A stretch of 64,000 bases of DNA. Origin: Azolla caroliniana. Taxonomy: Eukaryota > Plantae > Polypodiophyta. The stretch lies in the NCBI GenBank assembly GCA_043228905.1, contig JBHGNT010000006.1, positions 18,166,001 through 18,230,000 of the forward strand, in the 5' to 3' direction. The notes below the pieces were generated by a model, which had not been told where the DNA came from, ran no database searches, and saw only the letters and a program-made list of their open reading frames with translations. The translations under genes were made by a program, and so were the position numbers. Shown here in pieces: positions 52,164 to 61,699 of the stretch (position 1 is the first letter of the stretch; every line of letters begins with the position of its first letter).

Positions 52164-54884
52164 CTTCCGAGAGTATAAGACAACATGATGTAGTGTGTCC
52201 TCGTCATCTGGTTGGGATAGGACAACTCCAATGTCAAAGTCAAAGGCGTCAGTTTCAACTTGGAAGGGCCTTGTGGGTTTGGGGTGGACCAACACTTGGG
52301 TTGTGAGAAAATCTGCCTTGAGGGCATCAAAAGCACTTTGTGCCGTGGAGGTCCAAAGAAATGGAGTATCTTTTCTAGTAAGGATGATTAGAGGTTACAC
52401 TAAAGAGGAAAAACCATTGATAAATCGTCAATAGAAATTTGCAAAACCAAGAAATGATTGTACCTCTTTCAACCAAGTAGGGACAGGCCAATCGGTGATT
52501 GCCGCCACCTTGCATGCATCCATTGTGATCCCAAAAGGTGAAATCACGTAGTCGAGGAATTCGACAAAGGTCCGATCGAATTTACATTTCTCACTGTTGG
52601 CGTAAAGCTCATGTTCCTGAAGTTTGGATAGAACCAAGCGAACGGGTTGTGTGTGCTCCTCTATGTTGGAAGAAAAAACTAGAATGTCGTCAAGGTAGAT
52701 CACCACGAAGTGATCAAGATACTCCCGAAATATATTGTTCATCATATGTTGGAAGACTATGGGGGCGTTGGTAAGGCCGAAAGGCATCACCTTGTACTCG
52801 AAATGTCCATAGCGTGTCCGGAAGGCCATTTTTCACTCGTCTCCAGGCTTGATACGCACCAGATTGTAGGCTCCCCGAAGGTCAATTTTGGAGAAGATAC
52901 ACCTGGTTCGAAGTCGGTTGAGGAGTGTTGGAATTAAAGGCAAGAGATAACGATTACGTACCATAATATTTTTGAGACCCCGATAATCCACACATAGTTG
53001 TAATGAGCCGTCCTTCTTCTTGGCAAATACGATTGGGGCCCCAAGTGGTGATTTGGAGGGTTGAATGAAGCCCTTGGCGAGGTTTTCATCCAGATATGTG
53101 CAAAGAGCCTCAAGTTCGGGTTCAGATAGCCCATAGATGGGCCCAAATGGTGGATGTGCACCATCTCGGAGTTTGATTGGGCAATCATAGGGGCAATGTG
53201 CTGGTAACTAGTCTGCATTTCGCTTTTCGAACACATCCAAAAAGTCACTATATCTTGCAGGAAAATTGGTGACGGGAACAGAGACGTCCTGTGACACAAT
53301 GGGCACATTAGCGACCAAGCTAGAATCGGCCACAACAGAATCAACAGTGTCGGAGACTAAGTTGAAATTAGAAGAATGTGGACCCAAGCGGAAAGCATCC
53401 CTCACACAAGTAACAGGGTGGGGAGTTGTGACCCGTGCTGGTGTTTGTGGAAAAGTGATGGAGTGGCTGCACCAATCCACCATCGGATTGTGTGTTTCCA
53501 ACCAAGACATCCCTAAAAGAATCGGATGTTGAGGGGTTGCAATGAGGTAAAATGTTAATACCTCCTTCTGGAACCCAACTTGAAGTACCAACGGGACAGT
53601 GGCTTCAATAACCGCCCCCGAAGAGAGAACTTGTATGTCGATAGCTTCAACGGATATGGGTTGTGTTGTGTGGACGATGAGGATTTTATGTGCTCGGACG
53701 AACGCGATATCGATGAAACAAGTAGATGCACCAGAATTGAGCAAGGCATGGGATTGTATTGAAGTAGACCCAAAACAAAGACTTACTTGCAAAGTAAAAC
53801 CTCCTGATGGCGTGGCTGAATTGTAGGAGCACGAGGAAGTAGGGCAACTAAAAGTGTCCAGCAACATGGCTCCTACTACAACCAGACTTGGTCGTTTTCC
53901 TGTTGTCGAGAAACCTCTGCAAGATGTGCACGGTGGGATTGATGACAAGGGCCACAAAATTGGATAGTGGCAGATGACATGGCCGGAGGTACCACAATAG
54001 AGGCAGAGGCCATTGTCACATCAATGTTGTCATTGGCCATCCGTTAATGGTTGCAACCGAGCATGATCGATCTCCATTGGGGTATGGGGGTCGACTTCCA
54101 TCAGGGTATGAGTATCATTGGAGGATGGCAACCGTCGCGTGCTTGGCGAAACTGATATATATGGCCTTGTGAGTGGACCATTGTAGGAGGAAGACAGGAA
54201 ACATCGAATCCTCCCTTCCTCCGGTCGAAGCTCAAAAAGAAGATTATCACATTGAACATCTTGGGAGATTACCTGAGACAATGATGTGGGATCCAGAAAG
54301 TTTATGAGAAGAGTCTTGACATCATTTCGAAGGCCTCGACGAAACTAGTCGCATAAGGCTTGGTCATCCCAGCTGACATCGCACGCGATCTGACGAAACT
54401 CTGAAGCATAGACGGAAACTAGACGAGAGCCCTGTTCTAAGGAATAGAGCTTCGTCAATGTCGTTCGTCGTCGGTCTGTCTCTCTGAATGTGGCTTCAAT
54501 CTCCACAAGGAAGGCAAGAAAGTTTTCTAAGAGTGGGGATGAGGTCTCAATCAATGGTGCAAACCACGCTTGTGTCATCCTAGAGAGAAGGCTGCCAATG
54601 AGGCCGACCCAAGAGAAATCGATAGCATAACATTGGGGTTGTAAGCGGATGATAAGACAAATTTGATTGATGAAGCCGCGAAGATGCGCCCTCAAGCCAT
54701 TGAATTTGTCAAGTAGGTTGACGCTAGGTTCGAGGACATATGAAGGGGGAGAGGAAAGGGTTGGGCTAGGTGTTGACAGAGGGTGAGGCTCAACGAGTGG
54801 GGGGTTGTTGGATGTGCCATTTTGAATCTCTCGTAATGATTGAGGAAGGTTTTCATTTTCTAGTTGAAGTTGTTCCAAGATGGC

Positions 54885-54955
54885 ATGGATGTAGCTCAGT
54901 TGGTAAGGTTGCCCAATGGAGACTAGGTGGTCACGAGTTCAACCCCTACATTCCA
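54885..54955 (+). promoter_or_regulatory. tRNA-like Pol III module
   Basis: TAGCTCAGTTGGTAAG A box and AGTTCAACCCC B box; terminal stem ATGTAG/CTACAT; ends in TTCCA; homologous to the U3 tip of LTR E (34497-34550). Confidence 0.65.
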
Positions 54956-55009
54956 CAATGGCATCTAGAGAATTAAGAGTATGTGAAGTATATAATAGGG
55001 AGGTGAGGA

Positions 55010-55070
55010 TATTGGGTTTCGAACCCATGACGTAGTGCTTGTAGTGTTAATAACTTACCACTAGGGTAAG
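55010..55070 (-). promoter_or_regulatory. Second tRNA-like Pol III module, convergent with 54885-54955
   Basis: Minus strand TACCCTAGTGGTAAG ... TGGG-TTCGAAA-CCCA T-arm. Confidence 0.6.
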
Positions 55071-55079
55071 CTAATTACG

Positions 55080-55212
55080 AGGAGAGAGAGAACTGAATTA
55101 AGCTTTTGTAACTGTTGTTGTTCACCTTGATTGTAATCAAGGTGCACCCAAGTATTTGTACAAGAATGTGGAGATATGCATGTAAGCTAGGAAACTTCTA
55201 GAGTGCTTGAAG
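55080..55212 (-). repeat. Partial LTR of family E (TATA/R region)
   Basis: Homologous to 34280-34420, including the caccttgatt-gt-aatcaaggtg hairpin. Confidence 0.85.
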
Positions 55213-56159
55213 AACCAGGTCCTTGAGTTCCTTAAAGGTGAGGTCTAGTGTAGCATTCTATACAATAGGTTTTGTAGACTTACGTGTTTGACCTTTTAGA
55301 AGATCAATAAACGACGTCGTCAATTGGGAATAATTGCGAAGAGATTTTTGCAAAAACCCTACAAAACCAAGGAATGATCGAACTTCTTGAATATTCCGAA
55401 GAGTGGCCCAAAGTTTGACTTTCTCGATGCGAGAAGGATCAATTTAAACTCCTCGTTCGGTTATGAGATGTCTTAGATAAGTAAATCATTTCTTGCAGAA
55501 CTCACATTTTGAGATCTTCACGTAGAATTGTTTATCATGCAATGTTTGTAAAAAAAAGAGGACATGTTTAGCATGTTCTTCTAATGTACAACTATAAACT
55601 AGAATATCATCCAAGAAAATAACGGCAAATTTTCCAAGTTGATCTCCGAAAATGTCATTCATTTCTTGTTGAAATGTGGCCGGAGCATTGATCAAACCAA
55701 AATGCATGACCAAAAACTCACAATGGCCATAGCTCATATGAAATGTCATTTTAGGAACATCCTCCTCACTTATACAAATTTGATGGTAGCCTGTACGGAG
55801 ATCAAGTTTCGTAAAATATCGAGCTCTCGGGAGACGGTCAATTAGATCGTCAGCACGAGGCAATGGATATGAATTCTTGATCGTCACTTTATTCAAGCGT
55901 CAGTAATTAATACACATACACCATGTGCTCGCTTTATTTTTTTACCAAGAGAACATGTGCACACCATGGAGATTTACTATAACATATATAACCCATTAAT
56001 AATAGTCCTTGAGTTGCTTAGATACATCATCCTCTTCGAATAGACTTAAGCGATAGGGAGGTATACTTTTTGGTGCAACACCAAGTACAATATCTATACA
56101 ATGGTCTATATTACATTTAGGGGGTAACCCATGTGGTAGTTCACTCGGAAAAACATCAT

Positions 56160-56440
56160 GTGAAGAGAATAACGCGGAATATTGCTCGGCCACAACCGAG
56201 CCTTGAATCACAAAAATGGGAAGTGGAGAGTACACAAAGGAAATACACAGGATGTTTATGTGGAAAACCCTAATAGGGAAAAACCACGAGAGCCCACAAA
56301 CTCCAAACTATCTCTATATGAGAAAGGTATAATCAAAGACTCGAAGGCAATGGCCTCGAGCTCTGTTACTTCACCAGCCGGCGGTTACAACAGAGTATCA
56401 CTCTGTATCTCCTCTCTCTCTCTATCGCTCTCAGACCCTT
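56160..56440 (-). mobile_element. Copia A-family LTR fragment
   Basis: gctcggccacaaccgagc, gtggaaaacc...aaaaaccacg and ggcggttacaacaga are shared with the A-3 LTR. Confidence 0.75.
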
Positions 56441-56863
56441 GTCAATCAGTGCAGAAATGGACAATAGATTCTTCTTGAGATCTGGCACGTACAACACTTG
56501 AGAGAGATGCTTTGTCCTGCCAGTCGTTGCTTTGAGGGAGACGGTTCCGGTTCCTTTGGTTGGACATCAAGCCTTGTTCCCAACCACAACATTGATAGGC
56601 TCTTGTAGAGGTATCCAAGAGTTGTACCAGTCACGATTACTGGTCATATGTCGGGATGCTCCACTATCGAGAATCCAAGAGTCGTCGACAACTTGAGTGT
56701 CAACTGAAGAACAAACTTCTTCAGTTGCGACCCATAACTCAAGCTCATCTTAGATGAAGAGGTTCGAGTCACATCCTAGATGTGACAGTAACTAGCAAAA
56801 GATGAAGACATTGCCGAACCAGATTGGGAAGCCACCCAGGAACTCTGACATGCCTAGGAGGCA

Positions 56864-57427
56864 TTGGATAAGGAACTAGCAATATCCCAGCATGTGAAGG
56901 CGTCCACACTCGAGGAAGTGAATTTAGGAACGGATGAGGAACCGCAGCCAGTGAGCGTGGCCAAAGAAATGCAACCAGAGGAGAAGATGGCAATGGTCGA
57001 ATTGCTAAAAGAATATAAGGATGTCTTCACCTATTTATATGAAGACATGAAGGTGATGGATCCTCAATTTTATCAGCACCAAATACATTTGAGCAAGGAT
57101 GCCAAACTAGTAGCACAACGACACTACCGGATGAACCCTAATTACGCAGTCAAGGTGAAAGAGGAAATTGGCAAGTTACTAAGGGTCAGATTCATCAGAC
57201 CAGTCAAGCAAGCTACGTGGATCAACCCAATCGTCGTCGTGCCGAAAAAGAATGGGAAAATTAGAGTATGCGTCGATTATAGAAAACTAAACACAGCAAC
57301 AGTTATGGATGCCTTCCCACTTCCATTTACGGATGGGGTACTAGATGCGGTTGCAGGACATGCAATATATAGTTTTCTGGACGGCTTTAACAGGTATAAT
57401 CAAATTCAAATGCACCTAAACGACTAA
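56864..57427 (+). pseudogene. pol: Non-chromovirus Gypsy reverse transcriptase N-terminal fragment
   Basis: LEEVNLG, VVVPKKNGKIRVCVDYRKLN, FPLPF and YSFLDGFNRYNQI motifs. Confidence 0.9.
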
Positions 57428-57429
57428 CC

Positions 57430-59680
57430 TCGTAGGATACTCACTAGAGCAAAAGTGGTACACGTGTTATAACCCCTCTACTCGGAAGGTTCGTGTAAGT
57501 CGAGACGTCGTCTTTGACGAATCAGCATCATGGTACGAACATGAGGCGACTCCTTTCGAACCATTTATGAACAACCTCGACAACACAGAAGACGAAGATC
57601 AACTGAGGCATATGTTCGAAGAAAGTCCAATTACAATAAGGCTCAATGGGCCACAAGAGCCCCCGAACGACCAAAACACATCTCGGCCAACTCCGAAGAT
57701 GGACAAAGGCAAGGCCAAAATGTCGGAATACGAAGACGATCAATTCGACGGCAACGAAGCGACTCACTCACTCGATAGTGAGTTCCCTAGCTTTGATGTG
57801 CTTCTTATGAGGTCACCCGGAGTTAAGAAAGCACTCACATTGGCAAATGAGAAACTCCATCGCTCCACCCATGAGAAGAATCCAGTTAGCCAATTCAGCT
57901 ACAACGACTACATGTCATATCACTATGCCTTTATGATGAAGGTGGCAACAGTTCGTGAACCGAAAAAAAATTCTGAGGCAACCAAGGATACACGATGGGT
58001 CGAAGCAATGAATGAGGATATGCATGCACTATGCAAAAACGAGACACGGGATCTCGTCCCCCACTCACTGCACAAGAAGGCAATCAACTGCAGACGGATA
58101 TACAAAGTGAAGTATAATGCCAACGTTTCCGTCAATTGCTACAAAGCTCGACTCGTAGCAAAAGGATACACACAAACACATGGAGTTGACTATGAAGAGA
58201 TGTTTGCCCCGGTGGCAAAGATGACAACCGTGTGGACCATGATAGCACTTGCTGCAGTGAAAGGGTGGCACCTCCATCAGATGGACATCAAGAACACCTT
58301 TCTTCAAGGCGAATTAGAAGAGGAGGTGGACATGGTACAACCACATGGCTTCGAATCCAACATTCATTCGAAAGTCGTCTACCGACTCAAGAAGCATCTC
58401 TATGGCCTTAAGCAAGCACCACGTGCTTGGCATTCGAATATAACACAATATCTTCATCAAATTGGCTTCCAAATATCAAAATCCGACAACTTCCTCTACA
58501 CAAGAAGCAATTCAGGAAGTCCAATTGTCATCATTCTATATGTGGATGATCTGGTCATTGGAGGTGAAAGTCTAGTCGACATCAACAAGGTCAAGTTCCT
58601 CCTCTCCAGCAAATTCGAGATGACGAACATGAAGGAGCTTCATTACTTCCTTGGCATCGAGGTAATTCAGACTCCAGCCAGCATTATGATCTCTCAACAA
58701 CACTAAATCATTAACTTGTTATACAAGTTCGGGATGACTGAGTGTAAACCTGTGGCAACCCCTCTCGATCGACATCTCAAACTTGATGCTAACTCCGGCA
58801 CAAAAGAGTGCAAGCCGAATCAGTATCGACAACTGATCGTGAGCCTCATCTATCTCATGATCACTCGACCCAACCTTAGCTACCCGATCGGTCCCCTCAG
58901 GAAATTCATGCAAAAACCACGAGACATTCACTTGGATTGTGCTAAGCAAGCATTACGATACCTGAGCAGCACAATGGATTGTGGTATTCTCTACGAATCG
59001 GCCACACCAATTCGACTCTAAGGGTACATAGATGCCGACTGGGCCGGCTACAGAGCCGATCGACGATCGACCTCTGGATTTGTTTTCTCGCTCGACAACG
59101 GAGGAATTTCATGGAGTAGCAAGAAGCAGTCGACTATTGCACTTTCAAGCACAGAGGCTGAATACAGGTGTGCAGTTGTGGCTGCATGTGAAGTTGTATG
59201 GCTTAAGAGGATTTTGAAGGATCTGGTTGTTCCCATCAAGGATCCGAATCCCCTTAATTGCGATAGCATGAGCAGTATTTATCTGGCTCAGAACTCAGTG
59301 TTCCACGCACGCACGAAGCATATTGAAGTGCACTATGACTTCATTCGAGATCATGTTCAGGATGGAGATGTCGACCTTCAACACATCAACACGAATCTTC
59401 AGACAATCGACATCTTCACCAAAGCCCTAGGAGTCAACAAGCTTCGGCAATTCATGTCAGACCTTGGATTGACGATCCTTGACTTGCCAGGCTTGAGGGG
59501 GAGTACAAGAGTGAACCGGATACCATCCAAACCGGGTACCAACTGAAGCAGACACTGTATATCGTCTGAACCGGATATTAGCCGAAGCGAAAATCGACCA
59601 AAAGGAACAGACCCTAAGTTGAGCTTGAGGGGGCGTGCGTGTTGAGAATCAAGCTCAAACCTTGCATTGTGTGTGAACAC
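57430..59680 (+). mobile_element. 3' half of a Copia C-family element (integrase tail, RT, RNase H, PPT, start of 3' LTR at 59640)
   Basis: ORF 57567-58706 with KARLVAKGY and YVDDLVI; HARTKHIEVHY; GAGGGGGCG then TGTTGAGA. Confidence 0.9.
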
Positions 59681-59986
59681 TGTTGTAGGATTTTAGGGTT
59701 AGGGTTAATGAGAATGAGAATGATAATGATTGATGATGAACATAGACATGGTGTAATGGTGGAGATGATGAATGGTATGATGGTGAGAGATCATGAGGAT
59801 GTTGAGAAGCATTGTGGGGTGGGGGGTGGTGGCTAGAATGGCTCCACCCCCCTCCCAAGGGGGTTCAACGTTAAGGGGAGAGAGAGAGAGATTGAGAGAG
59901 AAAGAGAGAAATGGTTATTCATGTTTCATTCATTCCCCATAAGGGGTTAAATAGTACAAGAGGGGGTAGATACATAGGGGTATAAG
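59681..59986. mobile_element. Probable LTR fragment of an unidentified family
   Basis: TG start interrupts the Copia LTR; GA-rich; telo-box-like ttttagggttagggtt. Confidence 0.4.
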
Positions 59987-60056
59987 TGTCATAACTAGAC
60001 TCGAACCCATAACCTTTTGTTACACGGGTCGAGACTTTACCATTAGGTTATGAGTT
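59987..60056 (-). promoter_or_regulatory. tRNA-like Pol III module at the U3 tip of LTR G, antisense
   Basis: Minus strand TAACCTAATGGTAAAG ... GGGTTCGAGTCT, enclosed by a 7-bp stem TCATAAC/GTTATGA. Confidence 0.6.
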
Positions 60057-60443
60057 GTAATTTGAAGGATATTATTTTCATTTAGGTTTTATTAGGAAAT
60101 TGATGTATATTCCAGATTTCTCTGGAACATTCTAGAAACTTCAGGAGTATTCCTGAAGACACTATAAAAGGAGGCGCAAGGCATTAGTTCGAACCAAATC
60201 GGTTCAACGCCAGTCTTAAGCCTTCTAACTACTGTTGTATATCTTCCGTCATATAATACATATATCTTTCGCATCATCATTCTCTCTCTCTCTCTCTCTC
60301 TCTCACTCACTCATTCCTTCTCTCAAAGTTCGACACCTCTCATAGTACTAATCCTTCTCTGTCTTAGTACTATTCCCCAACAATAGTACTAATCCTTCTT
60401 TTAGTACTAATTCCTTCTCTGCCTTAATAGAGTTCCTGACAGT

Positions 60444-60455
60444 TTGAACCGATTT
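60444..60455 (+). other. Self-priming site (Tf1-type PBS) complementary to the predicted transcript 5' end (60196-60207)
   Basis: TTGAACCGATTT is the exact reverse complement of AAATCGGTTCAA, which lies ~33 nt after the TATA box; it starts 2 nt after the LTR-terminal CA. Confidence 0.8.
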
Positions 60456-60529
60456 TCCCTACTAGTCTCCCTCTTCCTTCTGTCTCTCTCCTTTCCTACT
60501 AGTCTCTTATTTCCCTTTTCCTTCATCCC

Positions 60530-61699
60530 ATGGCCACCGTTAGTGCTGAAGAGTATCAATCTGTTTTCTCGGAATTTCAATGCTTGAAAGAGAAGTTTCA
60601 TGCTTTGGAACAAGAAAATCAACGCTTGTTGGGGGATCTTCAGCAAATTTCCTTAGAAAAGCAGCAAACGCAACAACAGCATGGGGAACTTGCGTTACGC
60701 GTGCAACAACTCGAAGCAACCATCGTAGCAATGCAACAACAAGGGCACGGAGCACAAGGGATTCATAAAGAACCCAAGATTGGCCTTCCCACGAAGTTCG
60801 ATGGAACGCGATCGCAGTTTAGAGGGTTTCTTAACCAGGTACGGTTAGTTATTCAAATGCATCCGTCCCGATATCCCACCGATGCATCACGAGTGGGTTT
60901 AGTAGGCACGTTGTTAAATGGCTCAGCATTAGCATGGTTCGCTCCGCTACTAGAAAAGGAATCTCCAGTACTAAATAATTTTGAAGAATTCATAAGTGAG
61001 TTTAAAGCATGTTTTGGAGATACTGACAGCATAAGGACTGCAATCAACAAAATCCGGCGATTACGCCAAGGTGACCGTCCAGCCTCCGCATATGCTGCAG
61101 ATTTCCGCCTACTCGCCGCCGATATCCCCTGGGATGATCAAGCATTGATGGAGCAGTTCCGCTATGGTCTACGCAACGATGTCAAGGATTTACTCTTGAC
61201 TTTCCCTGAAGAGCCAAAATCATTAACAGAAGCAATCAGTCGAGCGGTCAGATGTGACAACCGCCTCTTCGAGCGACGTTCGGAACGACAATTTCAGATG
61301 CCGAGGGCAAGATCCGAGCCTACCTATGCCTCAGTGGTAGCGAAACCTTTTCAAAGGGAGTCACATAATGCGCCTCCAGTAAGTACTCCAACTCCAATGG
61401 AAATTGACACTACACGTCGTCGTGGGCCGCTATCGGAGGAGGAAAAGCAACGACGCCGAACAAACCGATTATGCCTTTATTGCGGTGGACCAGGGCATAT
61501 CGCGATAAACTGTCCCCATAGACCAAGAAGGCAGGTAAACCAAGTCATTGTTAGTTCTGACTATACTAAACCCGAGTCTATGTCAGTAGGAATCTCTGAT
61601 AATCCTCATAGTCATAATAGTCCTAATAGTACTAATAGTCCGAATCTCGCAAACAAATTTGATGTCCTTAGCCAATTAGAAGAAGAGTTAAACGACTAA
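60530..61699 (+). CDS. gag: Gag (coiled-coil N-terminus, capsid-like domain, CCHC zinc knuckle), 389 aa
   Basis: PTKFDGTRSQFRGFL, LRQG, PMEID and CLYCGGPGHIAINC motifs. Confidence 0.93.
   Translation: MATVSAEEYQSVFSEFQCLKEKFHALEQENQRLLGDLQQISLEKQQTQQQHGELALRVQQLEATIVAMQQQGHGAQGIHKEPKIGLPTKFDGTRSQFRGFLNQVRLVIQMHPSRYPTDASRVGLVGTLLNGSALAWFAPLLEKESPVLNNFEEFISEFKACFGDTDSIRTAINKIRRLRQGDRPASAYAADFRLLAADIPWDDQALMEQFRYGLRNDVKDLLLTFPEEPKSLTEAISRAVRCDNRLFERRSERQFQMPRARSEPTYASVVAKPFQRESHNAPPVSTPTPMEIDTTRRRGPLSEEEKQRRRTNRLCLYCGGPGHIAINCPHRPRRQVNQVIVSSDYTKPESMSVGISDNPHSHNSPNSTNSPNLANKFDVLSQLEEELND

Larger units (their letters stand above)
34187..55212 (-). mobile_element. Tcn1-like chromovirus E (3' LTR 34187-34561, chromodomain, integrase, RNase H, RT, protease, gag), expanded by three Copia insertions; 5' end rearranged
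   Basis: PPT AGAGGGAGGATAA then TGTCA; chromodomain [10 protein letters not shown]...[15 protein letters not shown]; integrase pieces 34800-35209, 40276-40465 and 46037-46700 are contiguous across TSDs; [17 protein letters not shown] 52428-52829; ALLNSGA protease; gag 54030-54878. Confidence 0.85.
27520..56160 (-). mobile_element. Chromovirus D (3' LTR 27520-27971, PPT, chromodomain, integrase, RNase H 33773-34186; RT 55213-56160), interrupted by nested elements
   Basis: Chromodomain ERILDVKTK...IKWMD|KSIKDAT split by Copia B-2; GPF motif; RNase H YTIQEKEL and TDHKSLK; RT YPLPRADDLID, FTKLDL, FLDDILVY. Linking the RT to the same copy is inferred from colinearity. Confidence 0.7.

Noticed and set aside
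54885-54955. Functional tRNA gene
   Set aside because: Anticodon and T stems pair poorly and the sequence is homologous to an LTR tip; treated as a tRNA-derived module
60331-60335. CGACA as the end of the 5' LTR of element G
   Set aside because: TGACA at 60437-60441 gives a perfect terminal inverted repeat and is followed by the self-priming site
61667-61673. Ty1-like +1 frameshift (CTTAGC)
   Set aside because: Pol is in the -1 frame and the sequence is not the CTTAGGC heptamer
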